From: Clostridiales bacterium
GTDB lineage: Bacteria > Bacillota > Clostridia > Christensenellales > UBA3700
Direction: 5' to 3'
Assembly (NCBI GenBank): GCA_014799645.1
Contig: JAAVHQ010000025.1
Coordinates: 94,388 to 134,763 of the forward strand
Length of the DNA: 40,376 nucleotides
Positions within the stretch are counted from its first letter, which is position 1, and the number at the start of each line of letters is the position of its first letter. The notes beneath the pieces were generated by a model. That model had not been told where the DNA came from. It searched no databases and saw only the letters and a list, made by a program, of their open reading frames with translations. This document shows, piece after piece, positions 1 to 8,605 of this stretch. The translations under genes were made by a program, and so were the position numbers.

Positions 1-239
1 ACAATATTCGGCTTTTCCTCTTCAAATAATTTATAGACCGCTTCCCTATCGCAAATATCTGCTTTGACAAAGCGGAAATTTTTATTATCCATAACCGGCG
101 CAAGTGTGGAAAGATTGCCCGCGTACGTCAACTTGTCCAAGCAAACTATTCTATAATCGGGATATTTTCCCAACATATGGAAAACGAAATTACTTCCTAT
201 AAAACCCGCTCCACCGGTAACTATTATTGTCTTTTTCAT
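1..239 (-). CDS. rfbB: dTDP-glucose 4,6-dehydratase, N-terminal 79 codons only (gene continues beyond the left window edge)
   Basis: The reverse complement of 1..239 reads [80 protein letters not shown] with no stop. It has the TGGAGFIG Rossmann start typical of RmlB. The ATG at 239..237 overlaps the rfbA stop by 1 nt (TAATG). It is absent from the ORF track because it is truncated. Confidence 0.85.
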   Translation of the reverse strand, partial: MKKTIIVTGGAGFIGSNFVFHMLGKYPDYRIVCLDKLTYAGNLSTLAPVMDNKNFRFVKADICDREAVYKLFEEEKPNI

Positions 240-1117
240 TATATGTTGCCCTCCGCTACTTTTTTCAAATGCTCTCCGTATGGAGATTTTCCGTATTGCT
301 CAGCCGAAACCAATAATTGCTCTTTTGTAATCCAACCGTTGTTGTAAGCAATCTCTTCGGGAGCAGATATCGTTATCGCCTGACGGGTACTCATCATTTG
401 TACGAATTCAGATGCCTCCAATAAGCTATCCATAGTTCCTGTGTCCAGCCATGCAAAACCTCTGCCGAGAAGTTCGACGTTCAAATCATCCTCATCGAGA
501 TATAGTCGATTAAGGTCTGTTATTTCCAATTCGCCACGTTTGGACGGCTTAACTTTTTTTGCATATTCGACAACACGCTTGTCATAAAAATACAAACCTG
601 TTATGCAATAGTTTGATTTCGGTTTCTGCGGCTTCTCCTCAACAGACAAAACCTTACCTGATTTATCAAACTCAACGATTCCGAATCTTTGCGGATCATT
701 GACGTGATATCCGAATATCGTCGCCTTGCCTTTTTTGGCGCTATCCGCCGCGCGTTTAAGATAATCTTCAAAATGGTTGCCGTAAAATATATTGTCGCCT
801 AGTACCATTGCACAAGGTTGGCCGTCAATGAATTCTTCACCGAGCAAAAATGCCTGCGCCAAACCGTCCGGCGACGGCTGAACGCAATATGATAAGTTTA
901 TGCCAAACTGACTTCCATCACCTAATAATCTTTCAAAATTGGGCAAATCTGTCGGCGTCGATATGATAAGAATATCTTTTATCCCAGCCTGCATTAGCGT
1001 GGACAATGGATAAAATACCATCGGTTTGTCATATACCGGCAAGAGTTGTTTACTTGTTACTTTAGTTAGCGGATACAAACGCGTTCCGCTACCGCCCGCC
1101 AAAATTATTCCTTTCAT
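239..1117 (-). CDS. rfbA: glucose-1-phosphate thymidylyltransferase (RmlA)
   Basis: 292-aa ORF starting [18 protein letters not shown] (GxGTRL nucleotidyl-transferase loop). It has RmlA-type length and colinearity. The start overlaps the upstream GT2 stop (ATGA at 1114..1117). Confidence 0.95.
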   Translation of the reverse strand: MKGIILAGGSGTRLYPLTKVTSKQLLPVYDKPMVFYPLSTLMQAGIKDILIISTPTDLPNFERLLGDGSQFGINLSYCVQPSPDGLAQAFLLGEEFIDGQPCAMVLGDNIFYGNHFEDYLKRAADSAKKGKATIFGYHVNDPQRFGIVEFDKSGKVLSVEEKPQKPKSNYCITGLYFYDKRVVEYAKKVKPSKRGELEITDLNRLYLDEDDLNVELLGRGFAWLDTGTMDSLLEASEFVQMMSTRQAITISAPEEIAYNNGWITKEQLLVSAEQYGKSPYGEHLKKVAEGNI

Positions 1118-2049
1118 TTAACGCTAATCTCCCGTAATTTTTCTTTAACTATTGCTCTGCCTTTTTTATTTGCAATCGCTTTACTTTTCCTAAACAAAAT
1201 AAGATTGAAAACGGCTAACTTTAGATTTGCTCGACACAGTAGCCTTAAATACTTAATAAGCGTACTCTTTCCATAACATTTCTCAAAATAAATGCTGTTG
1301 CCATTTAACATTGCCCTAAATCGCCTTTCGTTAAACGCCGCTTCTTTACCAAAACTTGCGCCTTCTAAATGTTGCATTGTAGCAGTTGGCACGCTGATTA
1401 CTTTATAATGAGTGCGTTGTTTCATTCTAAACGTGAACTCACATTCTTCAGCATACATAAATATATCTTCGTCAAATCCGCCTATCTCATCAATTACGGA
1501 CTTTCTAATCATCATATCTGCTCCGGTAATATATCCAACCTCAAGAGGCTTGCCTGTAAAATTATATTGATTTTTTATATCACTGTTAGTCAATTTATTT
1601 TTTATTTTATGCCACAAGCCATTGCTCTTTCTAACTGTTTCAAGTGAAGGAAGCGCTAAACGATAAGAGTGCATAGGTTCGTTATTCCAATTAACAAGAT
1701 TCCCGCCGCAAATACCGCATTCAAGAGATTTCTCCATATAATCAAATAGATCAAATACGAAATTATCTTTTATCAAAATATCAGAATTCAGCCATAATAT
1801 GTATTTCCCTGTTGCAATACGCGCGCCCATGTTAAATGCCTTAGACGTTCCCAAGTTTCCACCGGATTGAATATAGATAATTTTACTCTCAAAAAAATCA
1901 TTTAACATTTCACCAGAATTATCCGGGCTATTGTTATCGACAAGAATGATCTCATACTGCAAATTGGCAGTATAACTCAATATGCTTTCAATGGCATTTT
2001 TTGTCAAATCATACGTATTGTAATTTATCATAACGATAGATACGTCCAT
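1114..2049 (-). CDS. family 2 glycosyltransferase
   Basis: 311-aa ORF. The N-terminus [22 protein letters not shown]...[12 protein letters not shown] is the classic GT-A/GT2 start. RBS AGAGGAAAG lies upstream of the ATG at 2049. Confidence 0.85.
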   Translation of the reverse strand: MDVSIVMINYNTYDLTKNAIESILSYTANLQYEIILVDNNSPDNSGEMLNDFFESKIIYIQSGGNLGTSKAFNMGARIATGKYILWLNSDILIKDNFVFDLFDYMEKSLECGICGGNLVNWNNEPMHSYRLALPSLETVRKSNGLWHKIKNKLTNSDIKNQYNFTGKPLEVGYITGADMMIRKSVIDEIGGFDEDIFMYAEECEFTFRMKQRTHYKVISVPTATMQHLEGASFGKEAAFNERRFRAMLNGNSIYFEKCYGKSTLIKYLRLLCRANLKLAVFNLILFRKSKAIANKKGRAIVKEKLREISVK

Positions 2050-2112
2050 TTTACTTTCCTCTTTTTGAAAAATCGTTATTATAACAATCTTCTGAATATC
2101 TATGCTTCTATT

Positions 2113-3177
2113 CTATATCAAATCAGAGCGTTTTTGCTCAATTAGCACGTCCACTACTTTCTTAACGTCCTGCGCTTTGTCTTTTGGACACACCAAAACG
2201 GCAGTTGGAGTTTCGACAACAATTAAATCTTCCAATCCCACTCCGACAACTAATCTATTGCTAGAATAAATCGTCGTATTTTTTGAATCCATAGCAAGCG
2301 CGTCGCCTATTGATATATTGCCGCTTTCGTCCGCTTCGTGTAATGCATTCAACATATCCCAACTACCAACGTCATTCCATCCAAACTCGCCTGGAACTAC
2401 AAGTATATCGCCTGCTTTTTCCATAACTCCGTAATCAATGGAAATCGGTCTTATTTTAGGATAAATATCTTCTATTACCTCAATTTCATCCGAAGTACAA
2501 ATAGCATCATACAACTTCGTCAAATCTTTATATATATCAGGCAAAAAACTCTTAAATTTTTCTAGAATAACAGAAGCTTTCCATACAAAAATTCCGCTAT
2601 TCCAAACGTATTCTTCGCTCTTGAAATACTTTTTTGCAGTTTCCAAGTCCGGTTTTTCAACGAAATTCTTTACTTCTTTAACATTATCTTCGCTTTTATT
2701 GTATCTAATATAACCGTAGCCGGTTGCCGCAAACGTCGGTTTTATGCCTACCGTAACTAATTTATCTGTTCTTTTTGCAGTGGCAATTGCTATATTCAAA
2801 ATATCCGCATACTTACTTTCGTCTTTTATATAAGCGTCGGACGGAGTTACTACCATTACCCCATCTCCGTACGTTTTAAGAATTTTAACCGCGGCATAAC
2901 CTATACACGCGGCGGTATTACGCGCAGCAGGCTCGGACAATATATTGTCTCCTTCAATTCTTCCTGCTACTACTTCTTTCATCTTTCCGACTTGCGATTT
3001 ATTTGTGACGATAAAAATCTTATCCTTATTAACTACCTGAGCCAGTCTATCTATCGTCTCATTTATCATAATTTCTTTGCCGTCTAAATTCAAAAGCTGT
3101 TTAGGCGTATCTTTCCTTGAAAGTGGCCAAAATCTTGTGCCTCCGCCACCCGCCATTATTATTCCGTATGCTTCCAT
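2113..3177 (-). CDS. manC: mannose-1-phosphate guanylyltransferase (NTP-transferase only, no cupin/PMI extension)
   Basis: MEAYGIIMAGGGGTRFWPLSRKDTPKQLL matches the ManC/CpsB-type N-terminus. The track ORF runs to 3297, but the first 40 codons overlap the upstream GT4 gene and have no RBS. The ATG at 3177 is preceded by GGAG 7 nt upstream. ATG 3189 is an alternative start. Confidence 0.8.
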   Translation of the reverse strand: MEAYGIIMAGGGGTRFWPLSRKDTPKQLLNLDGKEIMINETIDRLAQVVNKDKIFIVTNKSQVGKMKEVVAGRIEGDNILSEPAARNTAACIGYAAVKILKTYGDGVMVVTPSDAYIKDESKYADILNIAIATAKRTDKLVTVGIKPTFAATGYGYIRYNKSEDNVKEVKNFVEKPDLETAKKYFKSEEYVWNSGIFVWKASVILEKFKSFLPDIYKDLTKLYDAICTSDEIEVIEDIYPKIRPISIDYGVMEKAGDILVVPGEFGWNDVGSWDMLNALHEADESGNISIGDALAMDSKNTTIYSSNRLVVGVGLEDLIVVETPTAVLVCPKDKAQDVKKVVDVLIEQKRSDLI

Positions 3178-3226
3178 ATTTTTCTCCATAGTTCTCTTAG
3201 ATAATTGATTAAAAAATCTGCTTAAC

Positions 3227-4360
3227 TTATTTCTTAACCAATTCTTCGTATATTTCGATGTGCTTATGAACGATTGCATCCCAAGGATCATTGTCATTTT
3301 GAATAAAATTCTCAGTAGGATTATCCTGCGCTCGCAATATCTCGGCTTTTACCGTTTCTACGTCATTTTCAACTAATCTAAATTGCCCATTATCAAAATA
3401 TTCTAAATTGTTGGTCGGTCTAGTCGTTATAATCGTCCTTCCCTCTTGTTGAGCCGCCAACATACTGCCATTTCTCACGGATACTCCGTTCTTAAATAAA
3501 AACACAGTAGCGTCGGATGCCTTTAGATAATCTCCTACTTCCAAGTCCTCAACGTATCCCGTGATATATATATAATCTTCAAGTTCGTTATTCTTAATAA
3601 TATTTTGCAACTCGTCAAACAATTCTTGAGGGCACTTTTCACTGTTAAATTCTCCGATAATTAATAAAAGAGATTTCAACTTATTTTCATTCTTCAACTC
3701 TGCAAATGCTTGAAGGATAATATCCAATCGCTTTGACACGTTTATAAATCCAAAATACCCAACAATCTTCTCAATCCCAACGCGCCTGTCAGTCAGAATT
3801 TTATTTCTCAAACATAAAATTTCATCTTTTGTTTTTGTCGATTTCGGCACGTTCGCGCCAATATGAATGATATTTATTTTATTCTTATTTATCAATTTAT
3901 TTCGTTTTAATATATCGCTCTTAAACGCGTCTTCAACCACAATTATTCTATTAGAGCAATATATCGCAGGTTTTCTTAATACTTTTGAAATCCATCTATT
4001 ATTGCTATATTCATGAATAGTGTAGACAACCTTGATTCCTCTCAACTTTAATATTATTGGCAATACTATAAAAAGCATTATACTGCTATTCACATATTCG
4101 CTTGTTGGAAATTGAAAGTGAACCAAATCGTATTTACCCCTTTTTATTTCTTTCAATATAGCCTTATACAATGAATATCCTTTCCATTTTTCAATTGAAT
4201 TGATAATTTTAACCTTCGAATCAGTCGGCACATCTGCATTTTTTGAAGTCAATACAGTGACGTCGATTTTATCAGCCATCTTATTATAAAGAACGTTTGC
4301 ATAATCCCCAACGCCGCACTTAATCGGAGGGAATGAACCGCATACAACCAATACTTTCAT
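3227..4360 (-). CDS. family 4 (GT-B, GT1-type) glycosyltransferase
   Basis: 377-aa ORF with MKVLVVCGSFPPIKCGVGDYA at the N-terminus (Glyco_trans_4-like). The C-terminal half has a GT-B retaining-transferase layout. Confidence 0.8.
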   Translation of the reverse strand: MKVLVVCGSFPPIKCGVGDYANVLYNKMADKIDVTVLTSKNADVPTDSKVKIINSIEKWKGYSLYKAILKEIKRGKYDLVHFQFPTSEYVNSSIMLFIVLPIILKLRGIKVVYTIHEYSNNRWISKVLRKPAIYCSNRIIVVEDAFKSDILKRNKLINKNKINIIHIGANVPKSTKTKDEILCLRNKILTDRRVGIEKIVGYFGFINVSKRLDIILQAFAELKNENKLKSLLLIIGEFNSEKCPQELFDELQNIIKNNELEDYIYITGYVEDLEVGDYLKASDATVFLFKNGVSVRNGSMLAAQQEGRTIITTRPTNNLEYFDNGQFRLVENDVETVKAEILRAQDNPTENFIQNDNDPWDAIVHKHIEIYEELVKK

Positions 4361-4361
4361 A

Positions 4362-5594
4362 TTATCTAATCCCTCGCGCCATATTATTTTTCTTTATAAT
4401 TCGCGTATACCCAGCTAGTATACCAAAGAACATCCACATATAAAGTCTAAGATAGTTTTGATTTGCTTGCAAGACAATCATAAAAACCAACAATCCAAAA
4501 CTACATGCAATCAAATAATTATTTTTATATTTTTTACCAACCTTATAAGCATTATAAATTACCCTAAAGACAAAACCATAAAAAAGTATGGTAACCAAGA
4601 TGCCGCAAGTAGATAATAATTCTAACGTAACATTTGATGGAACGTAACTTCTATCCGCACCCATATAAAATCCATACGCGCCCGGTCCAACGCCAAAAAG
4701 CCAGTTATCCTTAAATACTGACCAGATTTCACCATACATGGAAGTTCTTCCACCGTCAGACCCCTTTATGCCTTGAGTTATCAATCTTAACACAAAAGTG
4801 TTGACAATATCTCTAAATAAACAATAGGCTATTACTGCTAAAATCAATAGCATAAGCGTAAACTTTATAATCGTTCCCAATCTATTTTTGCGGATAGAAT
4901 ATAAAACTACTACTACGACAGCCAATCCAATGGCGACAAATCCTGTACTTGCCGTACACAAAACCATACCTAAAAGTGAGAATAAGACGTTAAATAACTG
5001 CTTTTTATCCTTAAAACAAACGCACATAACAAGCGAAACAGTCAACCAAAATGATAAATACGTGGCAAAATAACTCGGCTCATAAAACCATATTGCCGGT
5101 CTGGGAATACCGTGAAATGTCCCCGTACTGAAAAATGGAATAGGATGTCCAAGTAATTCTGCCAAAAACTGAATGGCAATTAAAATTACTTGTAAATACA
5201 TTGTCATTCTAAAAATACTATAAAACCTTCTAAATCCGAAATATAAAATATACGAATACGCTAGACCAAAAATAAAAATATAATTATAAACGAACCACAT
5301 AAAATACGGCAATGTGATGCGCTTATATTGAGATAATAGACACGAAACAAGGAAAAACGCAATCATAAATACAATATTGACGTTCGTTTTAGGTAATGCA
5401 AATTTATTTTTAACAACTAATAAAAAAACGGTGAATACGGCAAAAATTTGAACTATTCTAATGTTTACGCCTATATCAATACCAAAAATATCTGCGCCAA
5501 TTAAAAGAATCGTCAAAAAAGTCATGAAATCTATTACTCCATAACTTGACCTCACTGCTTGTCTTTGTTTAACTGCAACTAAATTACTCTGCAT
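4362..5594 (-). CDS. polytopic membrane protein of the Wzy / O-antigen-ligase (Wzy_C) family
   Basis: 410 aa with about 10 hydrophobic segments. There is a large loop with LFGVGPGAYGFYMG after TM9, as in Wzy_C proteins. It sits inside the glycan operon. Polymerase, ligase and O-oligosaccharyltransferase roles cannot be distinguished from sequence. Confidence 0.7.
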   Translation of the reverse strand: MQSNLVAVKQRQAVRSSYGVIDFMTFLTILLIGADIFGIDIGVNIRIVQIFAVFTVFLLVVKNKFALPKTNVNIVFMIAFFLVSCLLSQYKRITLPYFMWFVYNYIFIFGLAYSYILYFGFRRFYSIFRMTMYLQVILIAIQFLAELLGHPIPFFSTGTFHGIPRPAIWFYEPSYFATYLSFWLTVSLVMCVCFKDKKQLFNVLFSLLGMVLCTASTGFVAIGLAVVVVVLYSIRKNRLGTIIKFTLMLLILAVIAYCLFRDIVNTFVLRLITQGIKGSDGGRTSMYGEIWSVFKDNWLFGVGPGAYGFYMGADRSYVPSNVTLELLSTCGILVTILFYGFVFRVIYNAYKVGKKYKNNYLIACSFGLLVFMIVLQANQNYLRLYMWMFFGILAGYTRIIKKNNMARGIR

Positions 5595-6624
5595 CTCTTA
5601 TAACTCTTAAAATTGCTTGCGCAAAATTATTATAATTAAATTTTGAGTTAATATCGTCTTTTGTAGTAATTACTCTTGTATCGCTATTTTCTATCGCAGA
5701 CGCTAAAGCTTTAGCATTTCCTGTTTCGAAAAATACGACGTCTTCAAAATCATTATATACTTCTCGAAATACTTCTATATCGGAAACTATTGGTTTTGTT
5801 CCAAAATACATAGCTTCAAGCGGCGGCATTCCAAATCCCTCATAAAATGACGGCTGTACTAAAAAACTAGCGCTACTAATTACCTTTATCAAATCTAATT
5901 CGTCTAAATATCCGGTAAACTTAACGTCTTGTCGCTCCAATAGGTCGGCGCAATCGTCCGAAGTCCTAAAATTATCCTTTGTGCCGACTATTGTTAATTG
6001 ATATTTACTTTCTTGTTTATTCAACAATTCCAATGCTTCTTTCAACAAATGCAATCCCTTATGTTTTTTCAAGTTGCCTACGTACACAAGAGAATTAGGG
6101 ATTTTATCCTCAGTAATCGAATATGACTTCAATGCATTTGTTAACGCGTTACCCGTTATTACAACGTCCGTATCTATCTTTGAAAAATGGTGTTTAATAC
6201 GCTTTTTTGAAAATTCGGATACGGTAAACACTTTTTTTGATTTTTTTAATGCACGTTTCAAAAAATATTTTTTTATTAAATAATCAACTTTACCGTTGTT
6301 GCTGTCTTTATAATCAAGAAATATCACGTCATGAATAGTCGTATATATTTTAGCCTTGATTCCGAAAGGCACGATAAAATTAGGAGAAAAAAATGCGTCA
6401 CAACCGTTAATTTGCTTTGTAGGAAAGTGAAGTAATCCTTTTAAGCTAAACGGACTTAAATCACAATATATAGGTGTAAAATTATATTGCAACTTATCAA
6501 GACTTTCTTTACTACCGATCAAGAAATATTGATCTGCATCAAAATCCAAGTTTTCAAGAATTCCGCTTAGATATCGACCAATACCTGACTTTCCAAGATA
6601 CCTACAATCAATCGCAATTTTCAT
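5584..6624 (-). CDS. family 4 glycosyltransferase
   Basis: 346 aa. N-terminus MKIAIDCRYLGKSGIGRY. EX7E motif EGFGMPPLEAM. There is an 11-nt overlap with the downstream gene. Confidence 0.85.
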   Translation of the reverse strand: MKIAIDCRYLGKSGIGRYLSGILENLDFDADQYFLIGSKESLDKLQYNFTPIYCDLSPFSLKGLLHFPTKQINGCDAFFSPNFIVPFGIKAKIYTTIHDVIFLDYKDSNNGKVDYLIKKYFLKRALKKSKKVFTVSEFSKKRIKHHFSKIDTDVVITGNALTNALKSYSITEDKIPNSLVYVGNLKKHKGLHLLKEALELLNKQESKYQLTIVGTKDNFRTSDDCADLLERQDVKFTGYLDELDLIKVISSASFLVQPSFYEGFGMPPLEAMYFGTKPIVSDIEVFREVYNDFEDVVFFETGNAKALASAIENSDTRVITTKDDINSKFNYNNFAQAILRVIRDAE

Positions 6625-7738
6625 TTATTACCTGCTCGTACAAATTATTTACGTTCTCTTTGAAATGCGCGAAAGTAAAAAGCTCTTCCACTCGCTTTAA
6701 TGCATTTTGACCGAGCGTTTTTCTTAAATCCGCATCAGAAGCCAATTTGTTTATTGCATCCGCTAATTGTTGAACGTTTCTATTCTCACACTCTATACAC
6801 GTCTCATCTTTGATACCGACGTAATTTACGCCCGACCCTTCAATGTAATACGTAACAGCCGGCTTTGAAAACCACATTGCCTCGGCAAGCGCTATACCAA
6901 ACGCTTCGTTTTTTGTTATTGATGGAAAAGTAAAAATATCGCAAGAATCAAAATTACTATTCAATTGATCAACTTTGCCTATAAACTCTACATTGTCTGA
7001 GCCATCGGCTTGCTTTTTCAATTCATCGGTGAGCGGACCGTTTCCGGCAATTCTAATAACGATATTATCGTCAATATATTGCGCAGCTTTTATTAAATAA
7101 ATTAAGCCCTTATACGGGACGTGTCTACCAATAAATAAACATACGATTTTATCTCTATATTTTTCTTTTAACCTTCTGCTTTCTTCGATATCTTCGCTTG
7201 CCATAGCCAAACGGTTTTCATTTATACAATTTGGGACCAATACACACTTATCCTTGTACTTATAAAGGAATTCTGAATGGTCAATGTACTGCGGACTGGT
7301 AGCTACAATCTTATCCGCTCTATTTAACAATCTTTTTGTCTGTCCTACAAAAAACTTTTTGAGTATTTTTTGTTTTATTATATCCGAATGATAGTGAACA
7401 ATTATTTTCGCATTCGTCTTGCATTGTAGCAAAAAATGCGCCGCATAAGGATTTGGAAAATGAAAATGTATAATATCTGGATTAAAATTTTTTATGATAC
7501 TCTTTAATTTTTTTCCATATCCTAACGCAATAGCTTGAGATGAAACCTTGAAATTTGGTTTGCATCTAAAAATAGTTACTCCGTCAATCGTTTCTTCACT
7601 ATCGCTTTTTTCATGATTAAAAACCAAAACCATCTGTTCGTATTTGCCTTTTAATGAATCAACGATATCAGAAACTACTTGCTCTACTCCGCCTATATGC
7701 GGTGGGAAATAAGTTGATATATGCAACACTCTTTTCAT
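6608..7738 (-). CDS. family 4 glycosyltransferase
   Basis: 376 aa. N-terminus MKRVLHISTYFPPHIGGVEQVV. EX7E motif EAFGIALAEAM. It overlaps both neighbours (17 nt and ATGA), suggesting translational coupling. Confidence 0.85.
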   Translation of the reverse strand: MKRVLHISTYFPPHIGGVEQVVSDIVDSLKGKYEQMVLVFNHEKSDSEETIDGVTIFRCKPNFKVSSQAIALGYGKKLKSIIKNFNPDIIHFHFPNPYAAHFLLQCKTNAKIIVHYHSDIIKQKILKKFFVGQTKRLLNRADKIVATSPQYIDHSEFLYKYKDKCVLVPNCINENRLAMASEDIEESRRLKEKYRDKIVCLFIGRHVPYKGLIYLIKAAQYIDDNIVIRIAGNGPLTDELKKQADGSDNVEFIGKVDQLNSNFDSCDIFTFPSITKNEAFGIALAEAMWFSKPAVTYYIEGSGVNYVGIKDETCIECENRNVQQLADAINKLASDADLRKTLGQNALKRVEELFTFAHFKENVNNLYEQVINENCD

Positions 7739-8604
7739 TCGTTGTCCTCACTCTCGCAATTCTTAATAGAATCCATCAATTTTACTGCAACGTAATCTTC
7801 TTTATAATTACTCATTGTCACGTCATACGTTAGACTTCCAAAAGCTTTTTTTGCAAGACCTATAAACAAGCCCATCAGTTTTATTGCCCAACCAAATCCG
7901 TGAATTAAATGCAATTTTTTGCCATGCGCGATAGCAATCGCCTTAACCATGTCCGACGTATTGGTATACTCTGCATTTTGTGGGAAGAAAATTCCACTTT
8001 CTTCATTGACAATCATCAGTCTAATAAATTCACTAAGATTATCAATGTAAAGCATTGAACGCTGATTTTTTACGTATGGAAAAATTTTCAACTTGTTGGC
8101 AAATTTTACAAGAGTTTGATAATTACCTTTGCAATTCTTTCCATAAATCATCGGCGGTCTCAAAATACATACTTTGAAGTTTTCATCTGCCAATACACTG
8201 ATTTTTTCTTCCGCTTCAAGTTTTGATTTACCGTAATTAGTATTAGGTTTGGTTTCCGTATCAAGCGTTATTTTACCGGTAGTCAAACCGTATACGCTCA
8301 TAGAACTTAATTGAATAAACTGTCTTACTCCCTCGCTTTTGGCTTTCGTTGCCACTTCGACTACCAAATCACGATTTATCTTGTAATAGTTTTCTGCGTT
8401 TTCCTTAGTTTCTTTTTGATGCGCTATACCTGCGACGTGAAAAACTACGTCATAATCCGAAAAGTCTTTTTCACGCCAAGAGGAATCTTTCAAATCAATA
8501 GTATCGAAAGCACAATCCTCGGGATAATTTTCGAGAACGTACTTCTCTACGGATGTGCCGATATAACTATTTGCGCCTGTAATCAATACTCTTTTCTTAA
8601 CCAT
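7735..8604 (-). CDS. NAD-dependent sugar epimerase/dehydratase (extended SDR)
   Basis: 289 aa. Cofactor loop VLITGANSYIGTSV. Catalytic YxxxK present as YGKSK. Confidence 0.85.
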   Translation of the reverse strand: MVKKRVLITGANSYIGTSVEKYVLENYPEDCAFDTIDLKDSSWREKDFSDYDVVFHVAGIAHQKETKENAENYYKINRDLVVEVATKAKSEGVRQFIQLSSMSVYGLTTGKITLDTETKPNTNYGKSKLEAEEKISVLADENFKVCILRPPMIYGKNCKGNYQTLVKFANKLKIFPYVKNQRSMLYIDNLSEFIRLMIVNEESGIFFPQNAEYTNTSDMVKAIAIAHGKKLHLIHGFGWAIKLMGLFIGLAKKAFGSLTYDVTMSNYKEDYVAVKLMDSIKNCESEDNE

Positions 8605-8605
8605 A

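Noticed and set aside
3178-3297. A 40-codon N-terminal extension of the manC ORF overlapping the 3' end of the upstream GT4 gene.
   Set aside because: There is no RBS, and the extension has no similarity to the family N-terminus. A GGAG-preceded ATG at 3177 gives the canonical MEAYGIIMAGGGGTRF start.
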